This document shows positions 11,088 through 21,725 of a stretch of 64,000 bases of DNA, piece by piece. The notes below the pieces were generated by a model. It ran no database searches, had not been told where the DNA came from, and saw only the letters and a list, made by a program, of their open reading frames with translations. A program made the position numbers and the translations under genes. The stretch's first letter is position 1. The number at the start of each line of letters is the position of its first letter. The DNA comes from Amphiscolops sp. MND2022 (Eukaryota), in NCBI GenBank assembly GCA_964187785.1, contig OZ076409.1, positions 7,318,001-7,382,000 of the forward strand, given 5' to 3'.

Positions 11088-13894
11088 AGGTGACAGGAGT
11101 GGGATACGAACCCACGCATCCGAAGATACTAGGGGACGTACTAATAATTGGACTAATGTTCCTCCAAAGGAACCACACTGTCCTGGACATGCGCCAAGGT
11201 ATACTCAACTTTCCTTACTTCTCGATGCAACTCAAGACGGCTGACCATAAATACTCAAATGTTTTGGAACCCATCCTCAACCCTGAGGATGTCACAATTC
11301 CGCCCAATGACCATGTAGTCATACCCATTCAATCACAAATTTATGCAGAAAATGCAGTTACGGGTATATTGCAACCCAGCGATCTTCTGCACGAAGAAGG
11401 CGACATAACCTTCTGTGCCGCCATAGTCACGCTACATGAAGGGGCTATGAGAATACACGTTAACAATTTCACTGATCAACCCTATAAAATAAAGAAAGGG
11501 ATGCACATTGCAAACTTCTCAGTGATGACCCCTGAACAGATGAAACACGTCAGGCCAATAGACCCAGTGTCCACCTGGCACTTACTGAATGAAAATGAAG
11601 ATGACGCTATTTATTATATAAGTAGCCTTCTTAAAGCTAACAGAAATAATGACCAATACGAACAATATTGGTTCCCCACGCCTGAAAACCCAGGGGACGA
11701 AACGACTCATACCCCAATACAACAAAGAATTCTCAAAGAATTACGAAATCTACAAAGTTTAGAACAACTCAACCCGCACGACGATGCGGAATCTCGTCGA
11801 AAATTCCTCAGCAACTTTGATTGGAAAGACTCAATGTTACAACAACATGAAATCAGACAAATAGAGACTCTATTAGTGGAATTCCATGACATCTTTGCAC
11901 GCCATAGATTTGACATAGGCGTCAATGAGGAATTTACGGTCAAACTGACCCCAAAAGACGAATCACCTGCCTACAGTCAGAGCCTACCTACCCCAGTCAA
12001 CCTCAAAGAGGACATATTGGTCGAACTGGCGTTACTTCATAAATATGGTATTATAACGACATTACCATTCTCAAAGTATGCCAGTCCCATCTTCGCGCAG
12101 AAAAAACCCAATGGGAAATTGAGACTGTTGGTTGATTTGAGGAAAATAAATAATCTCATCTCAGACGATTATATCAACAACAATCACCCAGTCAGTACCC
12201 TAACGGATGCGGCACAACATATGGCAGGCAAAAAGCTCTTTTGCAAACTCGACTGTTCCCAGGCTTACCACTGCCTACCCATGGCGGACCAGAAATCGAT
12301 TGAAATGCTGGCCTTTAACTTCGCCAGCAGAACATTTGCATATAGAAGATTAGCCCAAGGACTCAGTAGAGCCCTGTCGGCCTTCTCCAGTTTTATAAGG
12401 GAATATTTGGACCGTGTTATAAAAGCAGACCAATGTGCTCAATATGTGGACGATATCGGCGTCGCGGCGACAGACGCTAACCAGCTTATCGTCAACTTAA
12501 GAGCAACGTTCCAATGTATCAGAGAAGCAGGATTGAAATTGTCCATGCACAAGTGCCATTTCGGTGCTACTGAAATTGACTTTCTTGGGAGAACCATTAC
12601 ACCTGAAGGCGTAAAACCCCAAAAAGAAAGAATCACTAACTTTTTGGAAAAGACGAAATTCCCAAAGTCCAAGAAGGCCTTACAACGCTACCTTGGTTTC
12701 CTCAATTATTACAGGAATTATATTCCAAGGCTATCCGAAAAACTAGTTCCCTTCTTCCAATTGCTCAAAAAAGATGAAAAAGTACTAGTAACGCAAGAGC
12801 TAGTTGAACAATTTAATGAGATCAACCGCGATTTAGACCGATGTAGCCAATTGGCGTTGAAACAACCTCTGCCGAACAAACAACTGGTCCTCATGACTGA
12901 CGCAAGTTTTACAGCAGCCGGTTACGCCATATTGACCGAAGACGACCCAAACCAAAAATACACTTCTGCTAAAAAGTCCTATGCACCGATTGCATATGGA
13001 TCTAAGACTTTCACGCCTTCTCAGCTCAAAATGTCGATATATGCAAAGGAATTCCTAGCTATATATTATGCATTTAAGGAGTTTGGACATATCTTCTGGG
13101 GAACACCTCATCCCGTGATTATCCTCACAGATAACAAATCGGTCACAAGGTTCTTCCAGACAAAGATAATTCCACCGCCCCTCTGGAATGCTTGTGATTT
13201 TGTCATTCAATTCAACTTCATTATAGCTCACATTCCAGGCAAAAACAATACAGCGGCAGACTACTTGTCCCGTATGGAAATGGACCCTAATGAAAAGTTA
13301 GTCCTGAAAATACGTGCAGACGTCGAGACCCGACCAATTGAAGTCAATGTTCAATCAGCGGGAATATCTGAAGAAGAGCAAGTCTTTTTTACTGAAGCAG
13401 ACGATGAGACAGAGCAACAAATTTGGGAACGGAAACAACAATCCAAAAGGGGCCTCATAGTCCCTGAGGCAGTAATCCAAATTGACGCTATATCAGAAAA
13501 TACCGTCGAAGAGATCACTAACTTCACACAGAAATTAAGAAGAACAAATCAGATACTGCTTGAACAATCCAGAGACCCGATTCTCCTCCAACTGAGGGCG
13601 AAACTTCAAAATGAAGAATACTCTGAAGAAATCCTTCAACAGGATATTCGGTACAAGTATTACTTGAACAACATAGACAGAATAGTCCTCAAAGACGAGA
13701 TAGTGACGCGACAGTACTATGATGAAACTGGACAGGTCAAATACCATCAAATCTTATTGCCAAAGCATTTACTCAAAGAATTATTACAAGCAATACATGG
13801 CACAGCACATCGACACCCGGGCATTTCTAAATGCCTTGGCATTTCTAAACCACCTTGGCATTTTCTTGTCAAAAGTATTACTACCCAGGAATAG
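10544..13894 (+). CDS. pol: Internally deleted Gag-Pol: LTR-encoded N-terminus, tRNA-derived linker, protease C-terminal remnant, dUTPase-like spacer, RT, RNase H, start of integrase
   Basis: 1116-aa ORF with LIIGLMFL (protease tail only, no DS/TG), LRLLVDLRKIN, YVDD, MTDAS and IHGTAHRHPG; no capsid or zinc-knuckle region. Confidence 0.9.
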   Translation: MPSTRRQKAKARKSREMDILSDMDNLDVMIGNENPLERELAGVIDQSSVHGDMEIGSHSRNDFRDFIHENEPHGQNDIRQSFETFSNEFNLRLSQEMDSMMAMVHGQINRAISTAIAEKVIPEIQNIVSSMSSSGNRDTEASTSPSSQENRNDLSGLRTKILKKDSRSMGDLRNAAERGSYKVTGVGYEPTHPKILGDVLIIGLMFLQRNHTVLDMRQGILNFPYFSMQLKTADHKYSNVLEPILNPEDVTIPPNDHVVIPIQSQIYAENAVTGILQPSDLLHEEGDITFCAAIVTLHEGAMRIHVNNFTDQPYKIKKGMHIANFSVMTPEQMKHVRPIDPVSTWHLLNENEDDAIYYISSLLKANRNNDQYEQYWFPTPENPGDETTHTPIQQRILKELRNLQSLEQLNPHDDAESRRKFLSNFDWKDSMLQQHEIRQIETLLVEFHDIFARHRFDIGVNEEFTVKLTPKDESPAYSQSLPTPVNLKEDILVELALLHKYGIITTLPFSKYASPIFAQKKPNGKLRLLVDLRKINNLISDDYINNNHPVSTLTDAAQHMAGKKLFCKLDCSQAYHCLPMADQKSIEMLAFNFASRTFAYRRLAQGLSRALSAFSSFIREYLDRVIKADQCAQYVDDIGVAATDANQLIVNLRATFQCIREAGLKLSMHKCHFGATEIDFLGRTITPEGVKPQKERITNFLEKTKFPKSKKALQRYLGFLNYYRNYIPRLSEKLVPFFQLLKKDEKVLVTQELVEQFNEINRDLDRCSQLALKQPLPNKQLVLMTDASFTAAGYAILTEDDPNQKYTSAKKSYAPIAYGSKTFTPSQLKMSIYAKEFLAIYYAFKEFGHIFWGTPHPVIILTDNKSVTRFFQTKIIPPPLWNACDFVIQFNFIIAHIPGKNNTAADYLSRMEMDPNEKLVLKIRADVETRPIEVNVQSAGISEEEQVFFTEADDETEQQIWERKQQSKRGLIVPEAVIQIDAISENTVEEITNFTQKLRRTNQILLEQSRDPILLQLRAKLQNEEYSEEILQQDIRYKYYLNNIDRIVLKDEIVTRQYYDETGQVKYHQILLPKHLLKELLQAIHGTAHRHPGISKCLGISKPPWHFLVKSITTQE
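11088..11132 (+). other. Extended primer-binding site: 45-nt complement of a tRNA-Leu 3' half
   Basis: The reverse complement CTAGT-ATCTTCGGAT-GC-GTGGG-TTCGTAT-CCCAC-TCCTGTC-A-CC folds as variable arm, perfect 5-bp T stem, acceptor strand and discriminator A73. Confidence 0.9.
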
Positions 13895-15552
13895 CAAAAC
13901 ACGTCAAAAAGTGGGTAGAAGGGTGTCAAATATGTGCCAAGGACAAGAGAGTCCCCAATGCTGCAATTACACCTGAATTGCTAAATTTGCCTGAATGGGA
14001 CCTTGGCCCAGAAGATGCCATGCAAATTGATTTGTTACCAAATTTACCAATTAGTGGCGGATACCAGACAGTGATGACAGCAATAGATGTATTCTCACGA
14101 TATCTTTTCGCCTACCCGCTAATTGAGGCAACAGCCGCAAATGTAGCCAAGGTGATAATTGATATAATGACGAAACACACTTATTTACCGACAACTCTCA
14201 TCACAGACAAGGGGTCCGCATTTACTTCAACAATTTTGGCAGAAATTACTGCAATATTGGGCATAACACTCAAATGCGCAACTACAAAGCACCCGCAAAC
14301 TATTGGCAAACTTGAGAGGACTCACGCCTCTTTGAAGACTAATTTGAAAATGACCTCAGGGGAATATCGCCGTCAATGGCATAAATATTTGCCGCTGGCT
14401 GTGCTCAACTACAACACTACTTATCATTCGAGTATTGGATGTGAGCCTAGCAAGGTCTTTCACGGACGAATTCCCTATAACGTCCTTGATCATAAATTGG
14501 GAAATAATCCTAATAAAAATTCCCTACCAACAACTGAATTTGCGGAAGAATTACAACAGAGGACGCAAATCCTCATTGATCAGACGAAGAACAATATCAT
14601 GCAGTCGTATTTAAAGTACAAGGAATACTACGACCGCAAGGCCAAAGCGGCTCCGCTACAAGAAAAGGACTATTGTTTTGTTCTTCAACCAAAAGCGGAT
14701 AGTCAAGGATCAAAAATACCCTTTAGGGACTACAGATGGACTGGACCCTTTGTTGTTCAAAAAGTCCTACCAAACAATAATTATATAGTGCGTCGTTTAA
14801 ATACGAACAAAACGCAAATCCTACACCGAATCAGGCTCAAAAAATTTGTCCCAAACGCCCCATTAGAAGACAAATATAAAGAAGAGAAACTACAGCCCGA
14901 CGAATCAATAGTAATACCGCAAGACGACTTATATACCATTTCATGGGAAGCGGACTTTGAGTACGAGCTGTTTGAGCCGGGAAAGAATGATTGGACGGAC
15001 GCGGCCACGCGCCTTCCACAGGGCGCCACGAGCGGCGACGTAGACTATTACGTCACCGACAATGAATGCAGCAGCGAAGAAAGGAACGAAAATGACGTCA
15101 TTGAAAACGAAGTAAGGACGAGTGCGTCCGATGGCCATGAAATGACGTCCACTCGGGACGAATCGACTGCCAAGCCGCAAAATGAGAATAACGTCACCGA
15201 AGATGAAATAAGGACGCGTACGGCCACTAGCCGAGATACACTTACAACGCGTGATGAAAATGACGTCAACGACTATGCAGCAAATGATGAAAAACGCAGC
15301 GAAACTGAAAGGCCGAATACGGCTACTAGCCGAGACAACCGAAATTTTACCGATGCCCCTACACACCTACCGAATGAAAATTATGATGATGTACGAAACT
15401 CTCCCAATAGAGGGGAGGATAATTCCGTGCCCGGAATATCGGACAATGGGAAAAATACGGAAAATGAGAATGAAACGTCTAGCCCTAGAGGAGGGAAATA
15501 TAATCTTCGACCTAACCCCACCCCCAACTACACTGATGAATATAGATACTAG
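13855..15552 (+). CDS. Integrase (C half of HHCC, DDE core, GPY/F motif, acidic repetitive tail), frameshifted from pol
   Basis: CQIC, QIDLL, AIDVFSRY, TDKGSAF, QTIGKLERTH, WTGPFVV; tail ends GGKYNLRPNP. Confidence 0.92.
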   Translation: MAFSCQKYYYPGIAKHVKKWVEGCQICAKDKRVPNAAITPELLNLPEWDLGPEDAMQIDLLPNLPISGGYQTVMTAIDVFSRYLFAYPLIEATAANVAKVIIDIMTKHTYLPTTLITDKGSAFTSTILAEITAILGITLKCATTKHPQTIGKLERTHASLKTNLKMTSGEYRRQWHKYLPLAVLNYNTTYHSSIGCEPSKVFHGRIPYNVLDHKLGNNPNKNSLPTTEFAEELQQRTQILIDQTKNNIMQSYLKYKEYYDRKAKAAPLQEKDYCFVLQPKADSQGSKIPFRDYRWTGPFVVQKVLPNNNYIVRRLNTNKTQILHRIRLKKFVPNAPLEDKYKEEKLQPDESIVIPQDDLYTISWEADFEYELFEPGKNDWTDAATRLPQGATSGDVDYYVTDNECSSEERNENDVIENEVRTSASDGHEMTSTRDESTAKPQNENNVTEDEIRTRTATSRDTLTTRDENDVNDYAANDEKRSETERPNTATSRDNRNFTDAPTHLPNENYDDVRNSPNRGEDNSVPGISDNGKNTENENETSSPRGGKYNLRPNPTPNYTDEYRY

Positions 15553-15716
15553 TCAGAAATGTTAAATTATGTCCCTACATATTTTGTAGCCTAATAAGGC
15601 ATATTTTCTACTGGGACTATTCTGACTTTTTGACTCAACAGACTAACTATATAAATACAAACAGAATCAAAATATACAAAACAAAGTCTAAAATGGCAAA
15701 TATACATTATGTACAT

Positions 15717-18700
15717 TTAGTCTTTAGAGCATCCTTCCTTTAAGTCTTCGACGGTCTTTGAAACCTCGGTGGAAGAAATATTTCCGAAGAGAGTAAGCTC
15801 TTGAGCACCCCCAGATCCGGGAAGAACATTGCGGCCCACTGTGGACGAGATGGAAGAGGAACGTGAAGGGATGGTAACTACCTTTACAGGGGTAGGCTTG
15901 AGGCCTTTAAAAGTTGTCATCAGACTCTTCTGGAAAGAGGAACGCCCAAAGGTATCTACATGCGTCCAAGGATCGCCAGCAAATTGCCCAGAATTGAACT
16001 GATTGTCCAAACTACGGAATTTACCAAGGGAGCTCTCTGAAGTGCAATAGGCTATAGCTTGCGAACAACTAGCTAAATAAGACTGGGCAGGTAAGAGCAT
16101 GTCCACAAAACGGCACTTAGGCTTGGAGGAATCTACTTCATGGAACTTGATAGCCGGAAGATCAGCACCGCCCTCGGTCAGGCAAAGGCAACTAAGTCGG
16201 AACAAGTGAAATAAATTCTTGCGAGTACGCATGGCTGGAAGAGCGACGAGGAAGCTGACCACATCTTTCATTTGCCCTGGCATGTCCTTGAACTGAGGGA
16301 AATTAGCCCTGAAGTAATCGACAAATTCCAGATATTCGTCTCGGTAATCAGGCTCCAAGGACCGTTGAATCCATCCACGCAGGCAGAAGGTCTGGAATAA
16401 AGCACCGAAACAAAAGGTCACTTGATCCATGGACAGAGAAACCAGTGTATGTGGATCAAAACAAGCTAGACCATGGACAATATCGGCGGTGAGATGGACG
16501 TCACGTAAGAACGTCTCAAGTAAAAAGACGAAGAATCCTCTGGCACTTGTTGCAAAGCTGTCTCTTTCAGTGGCGAGTAAAGCGCTGAACTCACTGGCAC
16601 TGATATTGGGGTCAATTCGGGACTGTCGGACCTTGGCTTTACAAGAGGCATCTATGTCAGTAACAAGTTTCAGCCGGTTCAAGAAATCTCGGCACGAAAG
16701 CAACTTCAGGTCGTCAGGGCACAAATAAAGTAAGCCCGTCCAGTTCGTGTCGTCAGGGATACACTTGGGGAGAACTGCGCGAGAACAAAGCTTTCGCAGG
16801 AAACGACAAAACTGCCCGAAAGTGAAGAAGGAAGCATCGGACTGCCCGGACAGACTGCGTTCGAAGCACTTCACGTCTAAACACCACACATATAGCAGGA
16901 TCTAAGAGAAAACAGAAACGACCAAAAGAACCATACTTACAATCGCGGACTACGAGGCCGAAGATCTCCAATTTCACAGTGAAGTAAGCATCCATCAGGA
17001 TCATCCACTCAAGACTTTGCGGCTGAAAGGAAAAGAAAGTGAAACGCCAGGCAAATGACCCAACTTGGACCCTAAAGACTACCACATTTAGGTCCTGAAT
17101 GGAGAAACAATTATGGGGTCAAAATCAGGGGCACGACTCTGATACCTAACCGTAGTATCAAAAGGAAATTAACCAAATAATAAGAGTCTTACCCTGCCCC
17201 GGACTCCCTGCCAGGATTGGGAAGGAGCTTCTCGAGTTATGAAGTCGCGGATGTTAGGCCACTGTGCAATCATCTCACTACAAATGGCGGGGATGCTCTG
17301 CAAGTCCAAATCACAACTGGTAATGGCCTGGAATACAAATGTTTGATTAACCATATGCAAATCAGACTCACTCCACTCTTAGCCCGCATGTCCAACTATA
17401 CATCTGGGTAACCTTAATCAAGGAAATAAGGAGAGAAGGATCTAACCGCTGAAAGGTTAGGGCAGTCCAACATCCATAGTTGACTAAGTGCGTTGATGAG
17501 GAAGACAGTTAGGTATTTGAGTCGGGAGAAGATGTCAATTTTCCCAAAGAAGTCATCATACTTCTGATGCATGAGACGCGGCAATGACAGGACCTCAAAT
17601 CTGAACGGGTACTGGATGGAGAATTTAAATAGCTTGCACTGGTCAAGCGTTTGCAGCACAGCAGCGGGACATCCGGACACGCTTACCAAGTTGGGCCCTG
17701 AGGAGATGAAGGATAAGACCCGAGAAATTGACCCGAAGAAATTTCCAGGGTACGCTGATGCCAAGGGATGTCTACACAGTTCCACGCGTTGAACAACGTC
17801 CTCCCGCCAGAAACGTACGGCCATATAGCAGAAACCTTTGCGACTAGTGAACTCCAATGAGTAGGCGCCCTCCGTGGAGATCTGACACGCGATGTCTTCA
17901 GTACAGCGCAAGAAGATGTGATGGAAGATTTTCTAAAAATAAAATCAATCGCATTAGAACCGAATACTTAGGAATCTTACCAGGCCACGAAGATGGAGAC
18001 AATACTTACAGTGAGGTTGTCCGCTCGCCAGTCAAAATCAGAGAAGAATCCTTGATGACTAGTAAACGTTCTGAATCGGGTCCACAGGGTACGCAGGAGC
18101 GCTAAGTCTCCGCCATGAGACACAAAGAGTCCGATCAGGGATATCTGTGTAGTCGTTCGGAGCTCATCTGGACTGGAGGATCCTTCTAAAGTGGCAACGT
18201 AGTCATCATAAAAAGGAAACTTGTCTCCAATGTCGACGAGAGGAGCATCCATGAAAAGGGGTTTCTCCTTTTCCAACTGTAAAGGTGTTAACACATATCC
18301 ATCTTTATCCCGGACTTGGTGGGTCACTCTGCCGGTTGTGGCATCAATTTCGCTGAGGTGTTCGTACCTCCACCTTTGATCACGACGTAAATGTCCCTGA
18401 GTCTTATAGTGGCGGAGGATCTCCCTGGCTCCTTTTGAATAAATTGATATGTTTGTCTTAAATATCTGGCAGTAAAATTTGTAACGGTTGTGTAGAGGAT
18501 CGAGGGGCCCCGAGACAAAGGTTCTTGTCCATTGGATGCCTTTAAAGTAGGCATCCTTCATGACTTTGCCCGGTTTGCAGAGCATCTTTCTTCGCTTCCG
18601 AGGAGGACTGGGGTTGGACGTAACAGGGGATTGCGCCTGTGTGAGAGATGCTAGAGGACGGTAATCTGCGCTGCTGTAACTACTGCCTGAATTTGGGGTC

Positions 18701-19731
18701 GCGACTCTAGACGGACCCGGCTCGTCCAATACAGTGGCGAGAGTTTTAGAAGCTGAGACGAAGGGAGAACTGCCTTCAGATCCAGTTTCGATATTTCGAA
18801 AGTCCTCGTCAGTGTCTATAGCCCCGCTGGTATATCCATCACTGTCAGCAGAAGCGCTTTCTCCTCCAGAACTAGATTCATGTCCTGGTCCGGGTGTGGC
18901 TGATCGACGAGGGATGTTACGAGATGGCCTTTTGTTTAAAGGGATCCCCTCAGTCACCTTTACCAACAGTGATTTCATCATGTGAAACGATGATAACACT
19001 GACTCGTCAGCTATGGTTCGTAACACAGCGTGCACTTGGCTTTCACTGAAAGCAACTGTTGAGTGTCCTGGAGGCAGTTCGACGGGAACGTTCTTGCTGA
19101 AATATTTGCGGATCACTTCTCTACCGCTTGGAGACAAATGTCTTTCACTTGAAAACACTTTGGTCCGGTAAGCTGCTTGTTCAGCATCGCTGTTTCCCGA
19201 AGAATGCTGCAATTCGTCATCAAAAGCTGGGAACGCGTTTGGATCAAAGGTAAATCCGCCCAATTTGGTGGTGGGCAAATCGACTCCTGAACTGTCGTAC
19301 AATTCTCCCTGATCACTATTGTCAGAGTACAATCCCCTTCGTTCGTGAGTGTCCTGTTGTGTTTCTTCAATAACGGCCGTTGTTGATCGGGTCTCTCCTG
19401 CTCTCTCTAAAGGATCAGATTCAGAAGCCTTGATAGACTCACGGTTGCCTTCTCCTGCCTCAGGGTCAGGAGGGACTGCTGGGGGGTTTGAAAATTGAGA
19501 AATTGTTCGCTCAATGAATGCAGTGACACTCTCATCGGTTGAGTTGGACGCCTGGGACTCAGGCCTGATTTCCTTCTCGGGCACATTCTGGACTTGCGGC
19601 GGTTCTTGTTCTTGCCCCTGACTAACGGGGACTGTTACAGGGATGGTGGATTCTGGCAGATCCTCTTCGTTGGACATATCTAAACGAAAAGATACAACTT
19701 TTAGCGGGTAACTTCCTGAGTATGAATCCAT
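15717..19731 (-). CDS. Spliced antisense accessory gene (~1190-1220 aa): zinc finger plus degenerate hAT-transposase-like fold
   Basis: Exons 19731-18010, 17932-17447, 17327-17193, 17022(or 17094)-16941 and 16876-15717 join via GT-AG introns into one open frame of 1195 codons. Motifs resembling hAT blocks: FYCQIFK..LRHYKTQGH, YSLEF..MAVRFW, PAICSEMIAQWPNIRDF, LACFDP, KNLFHLFRLSCLCL. Confidence 0.72.
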
Positions 19732-20903
19732 GAGACCGCTTTACAAATCTTCTAGAAGTGAGATTGGAACACAAGACATGAAGTCAACGTTCTTTAAAAC
19801 AAATGGACAGGAAGTATTACGAACGTGAACAGGTCCTGATCAAACCCAATTCCGTTCAAAAGAAAAAGACCAGATAGCTAACCTGAAGATGCAAGGAGTT
19901 TGAATCGAATGTTGTCTGGGAGGGCAATTGATTGGAAGTCAAATAAACCCAGAAGGGGCTGACACTGCTATGAAGATGGGGAGGCTTGAATTCCAGAGGG
20001 ATGTCCGTCACCAAGGGGTAGTTGTCTATTGTCCGTGTACGGCCAACTGACGAGGGGGAAGATAACTCACTGACAAATGTGGTGATAATGAAAGAAGATG
20101 AACTAAAAGACTAACAAGTGACTAAATACAAAGTGGATAAATATGTTGGTGATTAAATACGAAGAAGAAAGAGTAATATGATTGCAATTGAATGTAAAAG
20201 AATTGAAAAGGCGAATCGGCAATGTGACAAGACGTCAAGATTGGAGTTCGTGGCTATACAGTTTGGTGTCAAATTTACAGTTATGTACAAGTTACGTCAT
20301 TATGTGGATAGAGACTGCCAGCTATATCTACATTGTCTTTAATTATTTCGAAAACTTTGTTATTTTACAAAATTGTCTCATAATTTTATCTTATTTTATT
20401 TCATTTTATTTTATTTTTCATTTTTATTTGTTTTCAAGGTCATTTTATATTATTCCTTATATGGAATTACGACTTTGGGGAGCCATTCTGAATCGATGAA
20501 GAATTTACTGCTCTCCTATTGGCTACTCAGGACCTGACGGACGGCGTGGCTTTCTGCCATATCTTCACCCACTTGAGAATTTTCAAGTGGTTGATGAGTG
20601 TTAATAAACACTTGAGAGATCACTCCTAAATTGGAAGTGTTGACAAAGTTGATGAAGAACAACGAGGCCGTCGGCAACTATATCAAAGTGGAATTGGCGG
20701 CTAGTTAAAAGGGGAAAAGATGGAAATTCGTTGTGAGATATTCAGCAGTCACGAGGAATGAAAACCCCGGGAAAACTAAACGCAAAGCCCGCTAGTCTGC
20801 CGAGACGGGATCCGTCATTATTCAAGTTTCAATCTCAAAAGAAGTTGCCCCTAAAGTCAAAATTCTTCACAAAATTGCGAAAAAACTGATAAAAGACAGA
20901 TAT

Positions 20904-21725
20904 ATGTCTGACATTTCTGAGACGTTCCCAATGGATTTCCAAGGCATCGTCCGATCAGAAGGGGAACCAGATATAATTTACATCTCAAGTGACGAGGAGG
21001 AAAGGATGGATTCAGTCTGCGGAGACTCAGTGGACGATCTGTACTTATCGTCAGAGGAAGAATTCACAGACGTTGAGATTATGGCCAGATGTATAGAAAG
21101 GCAGTTGACTGAACCCATCACCATTCCCAATGTTGGGACTTCAAGTACTCAAGCCAGATGCGGGACGCCCAGACCTAGTCTTCCTCCATTCCCGACTTTC
21201 TCTCAGCAGTTCTTCAATCTGGGTTCAGGAAACGGACCAGTGGGACGAGATATGCGAATCAAATCCAATCATCCCATCAATATTTGCAGGGACTTACGTC
21301 CAATGGTCGACACACCCATGTCGCCTCCCCCAGAGGACAGGGGGCCTTCACGGGACCAGCAAACGCCGGCTTGCTCTTATTCTTCAGATCATGTGTCAAT
21401 AGAATCAGTTTCGAATCACTTTGACGGCATGGCTTTGTCAGGAAATACCAGTTTGGCAGGCTGCTCCGACTGTGTCATTTGCGGCAAGTCAGTCCTACAG
21501 ATCCAAACGGAAGCAGTAAACGATTACATCGACAAAACTGTAGTGATTGGTGAAACTCTTGCGGAAACGGAGAGAAGAAAGAGAGCCTTTCTGGACGGGA
21601 TGGCAGCAGGCACATTTTTACTCATGCCAGGGGGAGTGTCGCAGGCGGCCGCCTGCGATGGCAATTGGTACTCTGTGGCATATGACTACAGCAAGGCCCT
21701 ACCCGGAACGGTCCCCCTTAATTGA
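20904..21725 (+). CDS. 3' accessory ORF (273 aa) overlapping the PPT and U3; SIM-like motifs and CxxCxxC
   Basis: ATG-initiated intact ORF with IIYISSDEEE, LYLSSEEE and CSDCVIC; the last 89 nt lie inside the 3' LTR. Confidence 0.7.
   Translation: MSDISETFPMDFQGIVRSEGEPDIIYISSDEEERMDSVCGDSVDDLYLSSEEEFTDVEIMARCIERQLTEPITIPNVGTSSTQARCGTPRPSLPPFPTFSQQFFNLGSGNGPVGRDMRIKSNHPINICRDLRPMVDTPMSPPPEDRGPSRDQQTPACSYSSDHVSIESVSNHFDGMALSGNTSLAGCSDCVICGKSVLQIQTEAVNDYIDKTVVIGETLAETERRKRAFLDGMAAGTFLLMPGGVSQAAACDGNWYSVAYDYSKALPGTVPLN
21629..21636 (+). other. Polypurine tract
   Basis: agggggag immediately 5' of the TG that starts the 3' LTR. Confidence 0.8.

Noticed and set aside
11088..11132. tRNA-Leu gene on the minus strand
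   Set aside because: Only the 3' half is present, directly abutting the LTR; it is a primer copy.
16902..16940. 39-nt intron using the acceptor at 16902 in the antisense gene
   Set aside because: It leads into a frame that stops at 16753; the acceptor at 16877 gives the continuous frame.
20904..21725. env gene
   Set aside because: No signal peptide, furin site or convincing transmembrane anchor, and it is short.
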